Shown here: positions 1 to 12,325 of the stretch, piece by piece | Position numbering within the stretch: position 1 is the first letter of the stretch | Layout: each line of letters opens with the position of its first letter | Assembly: GCA_028023455.1 (NCBI GenBank) | Contig: JAQFVV010000001.1 | Location: 372,001 to 436,000, forward strand | Reading direction: 5' to 3' | Length of the DNA stretch: 64,000 nt | Source: Epiperipatus broadwayi | Lineage: Eukaryota > Animalia > Onychophora | Program-made: the position numbers and the translations under genes | The notes under the pieces: generated by a model | Told to the model about the DNA's origin: nothing | The model's database searches: none | The model's input: only the letters and a program-made list of their open reading frames with translations

Positions 1-1120
1 AACTTTGAAAATAATATAATTATTGATTGCTTACTGTTTTTAATTTTCATTTTAAAATACTATTAAGATAACTTCAAAAATATGGGTAGGGAAAAATACA
101 GACTTAATAAAGTTTTTTTTAAAAAAAGCAGAATTAAAAGTTCAAAACCAAAATATTTCATATCAAAATAATGATGAAAAAGGCAATTTTGACTTTTCTT
201 GGCAAATGACAATAAAAAAATCTATAGAATTAAGATTACAAGTTTTACAGTAAGGTAAGACAATTATTGTATGACTTATAATCTTTATGTTTTTATTAAA
301 AGAACATTGCATAAAATATATTGGAAATTCTATATAACTCTAGAAATATATAATCAGCAATAAATAGAATTAAGTTTACTTATTTAATGGGACTTTTATA
401 TTTTTATCCCAAGATTAATTAAAAACTTATCTAGACAGCAGCAATCCACTTTACATATCCTATATATGAATTAAAGTATGGATTATTAATGAATATCAGA
501 CAATAGTATCAGATTGATTTTTATACAGACTAGTTTTTATCACTCCTAATAAATAGCATACATAACTTTGTATGATGATCATCCAAGTGCCATCTTTTAT
601 TTTCATTAAATTAATGATTGGATTTTCAAAAACACTCTTAGGTTTTCAAATCATACACTTGTCCAAGAAATTACATGGCATTATACTAAGTCAATAAATA
701 TGCATTTCAGAAATCCAAATTATGAGATATTCTTGACTTTTAATTACAAAGAATCTGATTTGCTTCATTTAGTAGAAGAAAATAGTGCTTGTATCTGATA
801 AATCATATTTCAGTATTAAGACTAAAATTGTTTTTGTATTTTTAAAATGGGTTCAAACACTGTTTTCAATGTAACTAGTAAAGTTGTACCAATATAATTA
901 TATATTAGTTTAATTTTTGATAAGACTAATATCAAATTAATACAGTATATGTATTTAATTAGGTTGAATTAATTATGTTCAAATGGGTAACATCCTTTCA
1001 TTAAAAATTAAATTTATTTTTCCATCTAAACATATATATATATTTCATTGCAATATGCCCTTTAATGGTCAAAGTTTATGTGAATTGTGATGCAGATGTA
1101 AATTAATATATATGTATCAC

Positions 1121-1448
1121 TATAATATAGAGATATTTTATCTTAGGATTTTCAGTTTATATTCATCCTCCACTCTATCTCAAATAGCTGATACACATGA
1201 CAACACACATAAAAAAGACAAATGATCCCCAATATATATATTTCATACAAAATCAGAACCCATCAGTTGGACCAGATGAGTTCTGGTTCTGCATGAAATA
1301 CATAGAGATCTTTTATATTTTTCACATGTGTGTGGTCATGGGTATTGGTTATTTAAGATGGAGTGGATGATGACTATAAACTGAAAATCCTAAGTTCAAA
1401 TACCTCTATTTACATAGCAAACATTCAGTATACTGAATGAATAGGTTA
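1121..1448. mobile_element. Foldback insertion of the HHR + tRNA-like family (two decayed copies head-to-head)
   Basis: Arms ~1121-1264 and ~1272-1410 are imperfect inverted repeats. Centre reads GGACCA-GATGAGTTCTGGTTCTGCATGAAATAC on + and CCAACTGATGGGTTCTGATTTTGTATGAAAT on -, both matching the HHR at 24207-24250. Both arms also match 23850-23950. Possible diverged TSD: aattaatatatatgtatcac (1101-1120) / aattatatatatgtttcac (1449-1467). Confidence 0.65.
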
Positions 1449-1749
1449 ATTATATATATGTTTCACATTTTATGTACAGATATTTACAACATGGAAATGA
1501 TAATGTGTACCAGCAATGTATTCTTATATATGACTAAATATGAGATCATTATCTCAACCATTAAGTGATGACTCTTTCCCCCTCCAGAAGATGAAAATCT
1601 ACTGCTTAGAAATTAATAGACTGGACTAGAAGCTTTTTGTCCAGAAAAATATACTATCTATTATTCATGCTGTGGACAGCAAAGTAAAAACACTTCAGAT
1701 TTCATTATCAGAAAATATACTGCAAAGTCTGCCACTGAAAATAATCCTT

Positions 1750-1835
1750 TAAATGATCATTTGATTTTAATTCATTTTCACAGGAATGAAAAAGAAATTG
1801 AAAATTTTTATCAATTTTAGTTTACCATTGGTTAT
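1750..1835 (+). repeat. Dispersed ~85-bp repeat, second copy at 12787-12876
   Basis: aaatgat..ttgattttaattcattttcacaggaat.aaaaagaaat..aaaatttttat..caattttagttt.ccattggttat is present at both loci in the same orientation. Confidence 0.8.
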
Positions 1836-2202
1836 TGCAACAGTCATTCAAGCCCTTCCCGTTGCACATTTTAGTTTAACCACCAAACCTATCTGTGCTG
1901 GGTTCAAACCCTATTAAAATGAATATTTTAATAAATAAACATATAAACCTTTCTATTATGGCTGGGTGTGCAGCATTATATATGCACATATGAATAAATG
2001 CTGTATATACATAGATTAGTACATGTTACAGCGAATATAATGGTTTAAATTTTATATTTTATAAAATAATGATTTATGTTATAATTTTAAATAGTAAAAT
2101 TGTCAATTTATTAAATTTAATAAATATAAATTTGTATGTGGATGTGTGATTCACCTTATATTATAATATATATAGAGTGGCGTGATTTTATTTTGTAAAG
2201 GA

Positions 2203-2805
2203 ATAGTTAAGATTTTACTTCGTTAATGCTTAAAATAAATTAATATATATATGTGCTCTGCGCACAGATAATGAAGTTATTAATTGTCTGTGAAATTATT
2301 AAAATTTACCACCAAGCACTTTCGGGACAGTTTATAGTCCCATATTCATGGCGACTTGGATTCGATTAATAACTATAATATTAATGCAAATTTATATGCA
2401 GATGTTATGTGGACCATTTCCGAGATAGGGAAAAGCAGGCCTCTCTTCTGTTGATTGCTGATGGGTTACTTATGATGTAGTAAGCTTCCCTAACTTTATG
2501 TTTGGTATTGTTTGTTTTAGAGTAAATGACACTGGTTGTGGCGGGTAGAAAAGCATGTCCAGTAGCTCTTTCGTGCTCAACAAAAACCGAATTACCTTCA
2601 AGCTTTGTTTTGGTTCTGTTATAAAGGTATCTGTGTTGAGCTACTCTGGTGGCAATGTTAGTTTTGGTCTCTCCATAATATGTTGCCAAACAATTTCTTT
2701 GGGGGCAGGTGATTTTGTACACAACTTGAGGGGTGAGTTCAGGTTTGATTCTGTCTTTGGTGTTATTTATCAGTGTATTGGTGTTGGGAGGTGAATGAGC
2801 AAAAA
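2203..2805 (-). mobile_element. Penelope-like element 3' fragment (GIY-YIG endonuclease + pseudo-LTR)
   Basis: ORF 2405-2722 (VVYKITCPQRNC..YYGET..TRVAQH..EHERATGH..INRREACFSLSRKW) has the PLE GIY-YIG pattern with C..C/H..H residues. The in-frame upstream linker LINNTKDRIKPELTPQVVY reaches ~2805. The 3' region is near-identical to 21606-21816. Confidence 0.93.
2309..2354 (-). ncRNA. Variant minimal hammerhead ribozyme (A3-U8, extra U), family A
   Basis: Minus strand: TCGCC ATGAATA T GGGAC tataaact GTCCC GAA AGTGCT T GGTGG = stem I, core, stem II, GAA, near-palindromic stem III, H17, stem I. Confidence 0.75.
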
Positions 2806-5092
2806 GTTTTTAGTTAAATTAGTTAAAAATAAAAAGTTATCAGTAAACAGATTTGCATTTAAGTCCACTGCACCTGGAGTTAAATCAAAGTTAGAAAGTT
2901 GATAATTGCTATACTCAAATTTGTTTATAGCAAAAATATAGTCATTAAAATCACTGTAGCAAAACTATTTTGACAGCTGGAAGAGGATTTGCGGTACCAT
3001 GGAAGTCTAAACAAAAGTATTTTTGATCAAATGGAGAAATCTTACAATTTAGTGTGAGATTTTAGATAGAGTTAATGGGTTTCTAGGCGAAACAAGTTAT
3101 TTTCTAGTCAAGTACTTTAAAATAAAAGTATAAATAGGGTATATTTTGAGCTTGAGAGGGGAGCCATTCAATTTTAAAAGAGTGTCCCCGTGCTGAATCT
3201 ATGTCAGATCGATCTTTGAAAGATCTGACTGGAGAAAGGCGACTGCTGCTTCTAAACTCACTGAAAGAATGGTGCGATCACTGCTAGCCAATGCTTCAAC
3301 CACCAGAAACCATTCAGCTATGCCCACTCAAGAAGACCATGATATCTGAAAGTCAACACCTTATACAGTTCAGCAACTAATCGGTAACTCCAATCTATAA
3401 TCTCAGAGCTCCATGTTAACAAATTATTTCTAAATTCAAATTTTCTACTTCAAAGTTTAAAGCTAGCAAACTATAAAATAATGTAATTTTTTAAAAAATC
3501 CTATAAATGTTTTATTATAAATTCTCATTAAAGTAAATATTATTTCATTTATATAATTTGTCTATATCTTTACCAATATCTTAATTAAATTATATGTAAC
3601 CTATGCTAATTTATTTGTCTATCATTGCAGTTGTGCCTATAATATTTCTTTACTGTTATTTTTATTCTTTATATGTCAATGCTTCAAAGCAGCGAGCATT
3701 TAAACATAATAAATATTCGGAGATATAATTGCCAATATCTTCCCATAACTATTTTCTTAATGACATTTTCCATGCTCACTGGTTCGAATTCCTATAATTC
3801 TTCTTTAATTTAAAAATGTATTGTGGCTTACTGTTAAATTTTAATCTTATTGAAATTAAATTAATGTGCTAGTCTTAATAATATGAAAGTATATTCAGTA
3901 ATTATTTGGCCAGTCGACCAAATATACTTTTCCCCTCACTAGTAATAATTTTTCTGTATAGATTGAAACCTATAGGCCAGAGTTTTATTATATTTTATTT
4001 ATCCTCCCTAATGTCACTTGATTTTATATAGCATTATTAGAATTGGCTCATAATAGTAATACTGACTGGGTTATTGTCCCATACTTTTGTAATAATTAAT
4101 GTCATACTTTCACTTGGTGGATTAGATATATTAAATTCACGTGCAATGTTTAATGTGTTGCCGCATCTTTTCCTTAAGATGGGGCCTCAGGAAAGGCACC
4201 CCATCTTACTTTCTTTCAGGGTGCACACTAGTAAAACTGGGCATATAATTTCCGGCAGTCGTGTTAACCATCCTGAGCTTTAGCAGCATGACGCTCGGTC
4301 TCAGGGTGTTGGTCATGAAAACCCTTGACTCTAATCTATCTACAGGGTACTGTTATTATAATTTGCTGGTGCTATAGCTTGACGGTGATCTCATATAGCC
4401 ATTTCTGAGTCCCATAATTTAATCAATTATTCAGTATTAAATGGAAATTTATATCTTTGGTTTCTGGGTTCAATCTCTACTCTGAGCCAAGTTATACACT
4501 TGATACTTTATTAAAGTAATAATGTCACAATAAATATTTTGCCTAAAATATTTATTTAAATGCTTAAATAAAATATTTAAAAAGAAAAGAGTAAATATTT
4601 TGCTTAAGACTGGTACAGCAATTTTATAATAGTAGCTACCACTTTCAATAGGAATTGGCAAAATCTTATTTAGACACTGCTTAGTGATTCTTTAAATGTA
4701 TCTTTCATATTAATAATTACAGATTTAATTAGGAGACATGCTAAATCCTCATGTTATAAAGCCTGCATGCTTTTCCCACATTAATTTATGTTCTGTTTGA
4801 TTAATAAATATATGTTAAATTTATTCTGGTTTTGTGTGATTTCTCGTTCTATTTCAATCCAATTCAGTCTTATGCATTGATTATGATTTCTGAATATTGT
4901 CTTTAATTTTGTCCTGGCAGCAATTAAATTAGTTAATATATATAATTAGATCCCCCGAGTCTCATGTTTCTCCCTGCCCTATGCTAGCCGCGAAAGATAG
5001 GTATATTATGTGTAACTTCAAGTGTGATCGTTCATAGGGTCTTTAGTCATAAAATACTGGCTAATGAATTGAAGTGTGGGTTGGATTCGGGA

Positions 5093-6334
5093 TGTCACAA
5101 TCCTGGTCTGGTCAGCTTTGATCTCTTTGTCTGGATTCTAGATTCAGTTATGCCAATGTACAAAACTTAATTGTTACATGATATATTTTTCCCCCATGTC
5201 TGGCGCCCAGTGTGGGGCTTCGATATATAAACCCACATACCCTGAGTAATAATTTCGGTTTGAAAAAAAATATATTTTTTTATATGTAGAGAATTTTTTT
5301 CTGGTTTAATGTCGCAATGTGAGGCAAGTGAATTTAACACCCACATCCATGAAAGATAGTTTTTTTTCTCCAAGCTTGTTGCATAAATTTTAAGATTGTA
5401 TCAGGTCGTGGTTGGTGACATGGTGCCCAGAGATAATCTTTAATAAATTCAGGTTACTCTAAATAAATTTTGTAATCAGCCAGGAGTTCGATAATCATAA
5501 TGGATATTATTGATTTTGTTGTGTGGATTGGTGATGATGGAAAACACATAGACTAATGTGGATGTAAACAAAAAAGAATAACACCAGTATAATAAAGTGA
5601 GATGATAGCATAAGAGTTAACAACATATTCTAATAACTTGGCAGTTTTTCTAGGTGCAGCAGAGCAACCAACCTGTAAGCAAGGAGGCAGTGACTGATCT
5701 TAAGAGGGTAAGATAAAACTTTATATATATATACTTTATATCTATTTACAAATTTGTTCTAGATTTTGTTTAAATTGTTTGTGTAATACTCAATCCAAAT
5801 AAATAATAGTAGGGAGGCAGTTATTGGATACTTGGTAGGAATATAGGGAAAGGAATAGGAAGGGCATTAAAATGATAGGGAAGAGGATAAAGATGCAATG
5901 GGAGATCGTAAGAGCGAAAGGTATAACATTTTATGAAAACTAAAAACAATAGTACAAAGAGAGAATTGTTTAGATGAAGAGATAGTTATAGAAAATGAAA
6001 GGCCATTGTAGTATAAGCAAAAAAAGAAAAAATGGTGGTGACACTTCAAGACGTATACTAACTACTGATGACCATGAGGGTAGAGGTCAACCAGAGAGCA
6101 GAGGAAATGAACAATAAGATTGCAGAGGGAATGAAGAGAGCATGCAATAAGATAACAGAGGAAATAAAGAGTGAATGCAGAAAGGGGTTAAGGAAGTAAA
6201 TAATCTGGGAAATGCACTACAGAAGGACTTGGAGAACATCCATGAAGAAACGCAGACATCAGCAGAAGGACCTAAGGGCCATGCAACATGATTAAGTGGG
6301 AAATATTGAGACAGTATCCCAAGTAACAAATCAA
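5093..6334 (+). mobile_element. LTR retrotransposon 5' part: putative LTR, tRNA-Lys PBS-like sites, decayed gag-like coiled-coil ORF
   Basis: TGTCAC (5093) ... GTGACA (5420) termini, followed directly by TGGTGCCCAG. A second, better PBS-like site TGGCGCCCAGTGTGGGGC lies at 5201. Purine-rich broken ORF ~6100-6330 (EEMNNKIAEGMKRACNKITEEIKSECRKG..) is called gag by position and composition only. Confidence 0.5.
5201..5223 (+). promoter_or_regulatory. Primer-binding-site-like sequence complementary to the tRNA-Lys(CTT) 3' end
   Basis: TGGCGCCCAGTGTGGGGC matches the known Lys1,2 PBS TGGCGCCCAACGTGGGGC at 16/18, including the TGG complementary to CCA. Confidence 0.7.
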
Positions 6335-6738
6335 GAACCAACAATTGAATTTGTTAAGATAGTACTAAATGTTGAAGCTATTGAGAAACAAAATGCTAAA
6401 TTAGTGTGAAACTTCCAGTGAAAAAGATATTGTAGAATGGCAAAAAGAAACACAGATTCTTACAGAGGGAGAGAAATACAACTTCATTGCTGAAGATAGA
6501 AAAAGAATATTGATCACTAATAAGGTTACTATGGATGATGCAGGAACATATAGTTATTCTATTGATAACACTGCAACAGCTAAAATCAAAGACTTAGTCA
6601 AACCAAAAGCTCCAACAACACCACAGGTAGTCAATTGTGATAAGACCGCAATTACAATCAAATGGGATGAACCTGAAGAGAATGGTAGCAGTTCTATATT
6701 TAATTATGTCATTGAAAGATGTGATAATGTTGGTTTAA
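6335..6738 (+). pseudogene. Titin/twitchin-like Ig I-set + N-half of FN3 (intronless, frameshifted), part 1
   Basis: EPTIEFVK..NVEAIEKQNAKLV(C)ETSSEKDIVEWQK..EGEKYNFIAEDRKRILITNKVTMDDAGTYSY, then KPKAPTTPQVVNCDKTAITIKWDEPEENGSSSIFNYVIERCD. Confidence 0.85.
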
Positions 6739-8396
6739 CTACTTCAGCTTCAAGCCGCCATATTGAACTTTTTAAAATACTGGCATGAGACACAATTTTC
6801 ATAATAACTTCAGTTTTAATTATGTTAGAGCAAAAACAATTACATTTCTAGAAACTAGAAAAATTAAGAAAAACAATAAGCATAAAATAAATAGTGATAA
6901 CTATATAAAAAATAAGGTAAAAAAGAAATTTTCACAACCGAAATAATTATTATTTTATTGTTTGTTCATAATTTGGAAATTAACATTAACTAAAATTCAA
7001 AATACATCTTCAGTGATAATTTCTTTCTATTCCTTACAAAATTATTTTTCTAAACATGTATAATATGTCTTACCTGAGATAATCCACAGCTTCACAATCT
7101 CCAAAAGAAGTCGGATATGACTTCTTCATTTTTATCTTGTACCCCAAATGTTCTAAATGTCAAAGGCGTCTATAAAGAAAAAGATTCATCCTAATAAAAG
7201 ATACAAAAGAAATTATCATAGCAATTGGCTTCTTGTCGGTCTAAAACTAGAAATTGTAGACTACTTTCTATACCACTGATAAAATGAGTTTCATCTCTTC
7301 ATTTTATATATTTTGTGTACAATAATGTTTATATTCTTTGTGGTCACCAGTGTTTATATTCTTTATGCACTGCACAAGTGATGTTTATATTCTTTATATA
7401 CAGAAGTGATGCTATCTTTTTATATTTATTGTACCACAGATATAATTTATTTGCATATAGTCTATAGATTTGAAAATAATGTTATGAAACATATAGCAAA
7501 AGCAAAGCATGATCAAGCATAAACATAAACAAGTTTCAGAATTGGATTATATGTTTGTGTATACAAAGTTTGTATATATTTGATTATTAGTTTTATAACC
7601 CATTGCTTGTAAAACATATTATATAAACATAATTAATGATCTTCAAAAAGTATACTTTTTGAAAATCATTATTTTTATAAAAATAAGAGGATTATTGTAG
7701 ATAGAACTTTAGATAATCACGATATGAATTATATACTAATAAGTTTTATACGAGTAAATATATAATTACAAACTAAATCATACTAATTTTTCGATAAATA
7801 TGAATTCTACGTGAGCATAAATAAATGTATTACAAACTACTTTTAGAAAATTATGATAAATATGAATTCTATAGAGCATATACGAGCACAAATATATAAT
7901 TACACACACACCAATTTTTCGATAGATATGAATTGTATATGAGCATAAATAAATAAATATATAACTACAAATTAGCACACACTAATTACAAACTAAAATT
8001 AATAAAAAATATATTTTTTCCAAAAATTAAAAAAAAAATTAAAAATTTTTACTTACGAATAATTACGTTGATAGTCTGTTATAGGCCTTACCGGAGAAAG
8101 TTTCACTTCCAGCCGTAAAACATTTTATGTCTTTTATCGTTTCGTGATAAGTACAAAAATTACCAAAAAAACCAAAATAAATAAATACTGTGGTTGATTA
8201 AAAAATTCGCCAAAAATCTAAATTTCAACCGATTTTTTTGAAATAAAGATCGTTTGAAAGCTAACATATACAGCTAAAAACGGCCATATTTTCTTTGACA
8301 TCATGATTATACTTTTTACGTCAGCAAAGAAAGAAAGTAGCACATCATCAAATAACTACCCGAAGTGCGCAAATTACGCCGACAAACCGGAAGTAG
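6739..8396. mobile_element. Non-autonomous DNA transposon with TTAA TSD and short TIRs (CTACTTC...GAAGTAG)
   Basis: TTAA at 6735-6738 and 8397-8400. Termini CTACTTCaGcTT / AAcCgGAAGTAG. Removing the element rejoins one FN3 domain (ERCDNVGLKW-VTFNASFEAKKTYY, with one 1-nt frameshift). Internal tandem repeats at ~7325-7420 and ~7750-7985; CpG-rich right end. Confidence 0.8.
7750..7985. repeat. Degenerate ~60-bp tandem repeat (3-4 copies) inside the TTAA element
   Basis: Recurring gataaatatgaattcta..gagcata...aattacaaacta. Confidence 0.8.
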
Positions 8397-8818
8397 TTAA
8401 AATGGTTACATTCAATGCCAGTTTTGAAGCAAAAAAAACTTACTACATGGTAACAAGCTTAATTGAAGGTTTAGAGTATGAGTTTAGAGTGATTGCTCAA
8501 AATGCTGCAGGTGTGGGGGAACCCTCACCTCCATCTAAATCCACCAAAGACAAGGCACTATCTGTTGCTAAACCCCAACTGTGATTAAAAAATAAATGAT
8601 GCTAAAGTTTATATTTGTAAAAATGTTACTCTTCAGTGCAAATTTAGAGGTGATCCTTTGCCTAAAGTCATGTAGTGTATGGATTGAAAGGGACTTGAAT
8701 CTAGCAATAAATGCTTGATGACTTGTATAAAAGCTACAACAACAATGGATATTGTTAAAGCTAGCATTGAGGATTCTGGAGGGTACACCAGTGAAGAAAA
8801 AAAATCATGTAGGAAACA
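8397..8818 (+). pseudogene. Titin/twitchin-like C-half of FN3 + Ig I-set (intronless, stops), part 2
   Basis: KKTYYMVTSLIEGLEYEFRVIAQNAAGVGEPSPPS, then KPQL..KNVTLQCKFRGDPLPKVM*..TTTMDIVKASIEDSGGYT..KNHVGNK. Confidence 0.85.
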
Positions 8819-9260
8819 AGTACTGGAGTTGGGTAGAACCCATCAACTGTACTGTTAATCAGGCCACTAACTTTATGCCAATCCACCTTCATTTGAGTCA
8901 TGACTTTCAAAATATGATTAAAACCCCACTATCAACAGAGGGAGAGAAAATTGGATAAAAAAGACTGGAAGAAGGCCTTGGAACACCTAAAGAGAATCTC
9001 AGGTAAACAAAGAAAGAGGGTCATACAACCATACCATTTCCAAGTGGATGACCAGATGGGGGTATGCATGCCATGTGTTCGGAACTCATGGCAGAATCAA
9101 TGTAAGAAGTTCTCTCCACTATATTGTCAGCCCTTCAAGATAAGAAAGCTTTGTGAAAAAAGGCATTTCTTATTCAGGACCATAAGGGGATCAGGGGAAC
9201 ATATAAAGCATGAAGTCTGAAGTTTTACTACCAGGTACCTCCAGATCCAGGGAATATTTA
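8819..9260 (+). mobile_element. Gypsy integrase C-terminal fragment (GPY/F domain)
   Basis: NQATNFMPIHLHL resembles NESTEFTPIRLHF of the integrase at 17479-17694. FQVDDQMGV..KKFSPLYCQPFKIRKL..GSGEH..LKFY fits the GPY/F module and parallels FQIGDKVFI..KFYNQYERPFTIVK at ~17300-17420. Confidence 0.7.
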
Positions 9261-12085
9261 AAGAATGTTAAGGAAAGGAATAATCAATACAGACTTGGAA
9301 ATGAAATACGGACCTGAATTTTGAAATTATCCTTTGAGTATATAGATATGTAATTTTTTTTGTGTGTGTATGTTTGTCATATGGGAACTGTTAATCAATT
9401 ACTAACCATATGAATATGTTAACATTTTTTAAAAAAAAAATTATAAAAGTTTGGTTGCTCTTCATTTAAATTTTGGGTGTCACTGCTGCTGAGAAAAAAA
9501 TTATTATTCAGAGTAGGTCTGATCATTTTTTTTAATTATTTTTCTTTTCTTTTCGTAACTTGAGGGATATGAAGCAGTCTATATGCATGCACATACAGAG
9601 CTTCATGATATTTATTTCAAGGTAATATAAACCTAAGGTGATATATCGAATAGCTAATTTTTCACCCTCTTTATTAAAAAAATAATATATATATATGCAG
9701 GTGTGTGTATGATTGAATGATAGGGCATGTATATATATTGTTAACTTTAAAATGCATTTCAGTTATATATTTGAAAAAAGAAAATGTATTTTTTTGTGTA
9801 GATTTTTTTCTAAAACAGAAATAGAAAAATAAGATCACTCATTTTTGCAATTAACAAATTTTACTTATTGGATGGCTAAACATTCAGCTAAAATCAAGAA
9901 TTCTATAAGTCTGTTATAGAAGTTTTAGAAAAACACAATTACATTGGGATCCAAATTATTTCTTGTCTTTGGGGGCAATTAAGTTTTCTTACCTGATCTA
10001 TGTTGATAAGGTTTTGCAGATTGGTGCAAATTAAGAATTAGTCAACCAGTGTATTTTCTTTTCCAGCAAAAGTGAATATGGGCAATTAATTAAAATCTTT
10101 TTTTATGAAAAATATAAAACGAGAAAAAAAAAAAACTAAAAATATAGCTGGAAGAGGTAGCTAAATATTATTTCTTGGTTTTGCTGAGTAAGATTTTTTT
10201 TAGATTTGTAGGCCTATAAATACTGGGTTATAGTTTCCTTTTTATCTAATATACCACTGAGTGTAAGCAGACATCACACTAGTTTTCATATATCACCATG
10301 GTTTGTGAATAGAAGCAAGTTAAGCCTTCCTTTCAGATAATCTCCGGAGGAAGAGAGTGCATCTTTGGTGTGGAGAAACCTATTGATTCCATGATGCTGC
10401 TGCAAAGAAGGGGAGAACATACCAACTTCAAATCCAGTCCTTTCCTGTGTCCGGTAAACCAAGAGGCTACCCAGAACTTAAGTTTTAACCTGCAAAAAAG
10501 ATAATTGCACCATCCTGCCTCATCAAACAGCCTCCAATACAAGTATTAACTTTTAATCTTTAAAGATAAAGTATTTAAAATGTCTTTATAAAACTATAAT
10601 GTCTAGATTTAAATCCCTCAGCATCAGAACTACTTCAGAATCAAATATGTAATTAAAAGAAAACATTAGTATATAGATATAAGTGTAGTAACTCTTTGAT
10701 AACAAATCAGTCTATATTAGAATTTAATTTCTAATTGTTAATGGTATAAAATTCTGTAAACTTTATAACCAATTTTTTTTATTATTTCTTTTGAGGTATG
10801 CCACTCATTTTTCTTTAGTTATACATATCTTATTGATTAATATTATCTATATTATATTGATATGCCAACTCACAAGTAGTGGATGGATGATATTTTAATA
10901 TTTAATCAATTAATGCATAAATTGTTTGTTTTGTCTCCAATCTTTAGAGTGGAGAGTAATAATCATTTTGTAACTTTAAAGTAACAAGCGCAAGCTTGAA
11001 TTCTGTAAATCATTCGTCCAAATCCTTGTGCATTAAAATGTTGTCATTTGTTTGTTTAAAAAAAAAGAAAATCAAATATCTGAATTCAAACTTGCAATCT
11101 ACTTGTATATATGTAGTCAAACCAATACCTCATTAACAAAATTAAGAATAAATGAATGCTAAATCATTATTTAAGTCCACAGCTATTTAGTTTATATTTG
11201 TTTGAAATTCTTTATGACAATTAAATGAAATAATCTATATGTGTATTTATTTATGTGTTAAAAGAAATAATCATGTTTTTTTTCTAATATGTAAAACGAG
11301 CAATGTTATTTATTATGAAATTATATTTTCATCCCACTGTATCTATTTAATGATGCATACATCTAAGGGAAAATAGCAATTTACTATGATAATCTGTAAT
11401 TAAGCTTTATATTTAAGCTCATGGGTATTTTATAGCCTATAACATATGGTTATCTTGATTTTCACATCAATGCTTGTTTTATTAAATTTTAAATACAGAC
11501 TTAAATATCTATCCAAATATGAGTTTGTGCCTTTTGGCAAATATATCAGTGTTACTTGGAAGAGTAATCTGTGCCTACATACTTCCAATAAATGAATAGA
11601 TGTCTAGTAATACTATGCAAGTTGTCAGATGGATATTTTATAGTTATTGGTGATAGCTGTGTTTTTGAGCCGATAAATGGATACTCTATGACGATAATGA
11701 TTCATAACCCATGCTCCAGTTTCCTGCATGTAACACGCTGAGGCCAGACGTGTCTACAAAGGAACCTATACATATGTATTTCTTATTACTTGATAATGGA
11801 GATTGGCCGATCCAGCCAATGCCTATAATAATGTAGTCAGCACATAATTCAACCCCAGATACCACTGCCTTCTGTAATTAGGTTTATTAATCATGCCTGT
11901 TAGTAATGTTGTGTGCGATAGATAAACCATGTCAATAATATAATTGTTAATAATAAAGGGAGCTAGAATTATGCTTTGTTCTATAACTCCTGCTGGGATT
12001 AATAAAATAAATATAATAAAAAAAAATACTTAACTTTCTCTATGTATGTAAATACGCATGTCAATTTGTTCATTAACATATTATT

Positions 12086-12325
12086 CCTTTGTAATGCTCA
12101 TACACACATCACACGATACCCAAATATACTTCTGGTTCATTTCTAATGCTCATACACATATCATACTGATACATAAATGTTGTTATCATTATTAACACAC
12201 AGTTCCTTTGTAATGCTCATACATGTATCATACTGATACCCAAATATTGTTATCATTATTAATTTCTAGTTCATTTGTAATGCTCATACATGTATCATAA
12301 TGAGATCCAAATATTATCATTGTTA
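12086..12325. repeat. Tandem repeat, 4 copies, period 52-67 bp
   Basis: tttgtaatgctcatacatgtatcatactgatacccaaatattgttatcattattaa units start near 12088, 12140, 12207 and 12274. Confidence 0.85.

Noticed and set aside
2810-3420. Possible continuation of the PLE or another coding relic
   Set aside because: PLE similarity stops near 2805 and no frame gave a recognisable motif.
5201-5223. tRNA-Lys gene on the minus strand
   Set aside because: Only the 3' ~20 nt match and they include CCA, which eukaryotic tRNA genes do not encode. A PBS-type origin fits better.
10333-10550. GC-richer exon-like block / ORF 10333-10542
   Set aside because: Splice-like signals exist on both strands, but no frame matches a protein I recognise and most frames have stops. 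A translated search is needed.
12086-12325. Repeat array resembling CRISPR
   Set aside because: The inter-repeat sequences are related to each other, no cas genes are present, and the context is an animal genome.
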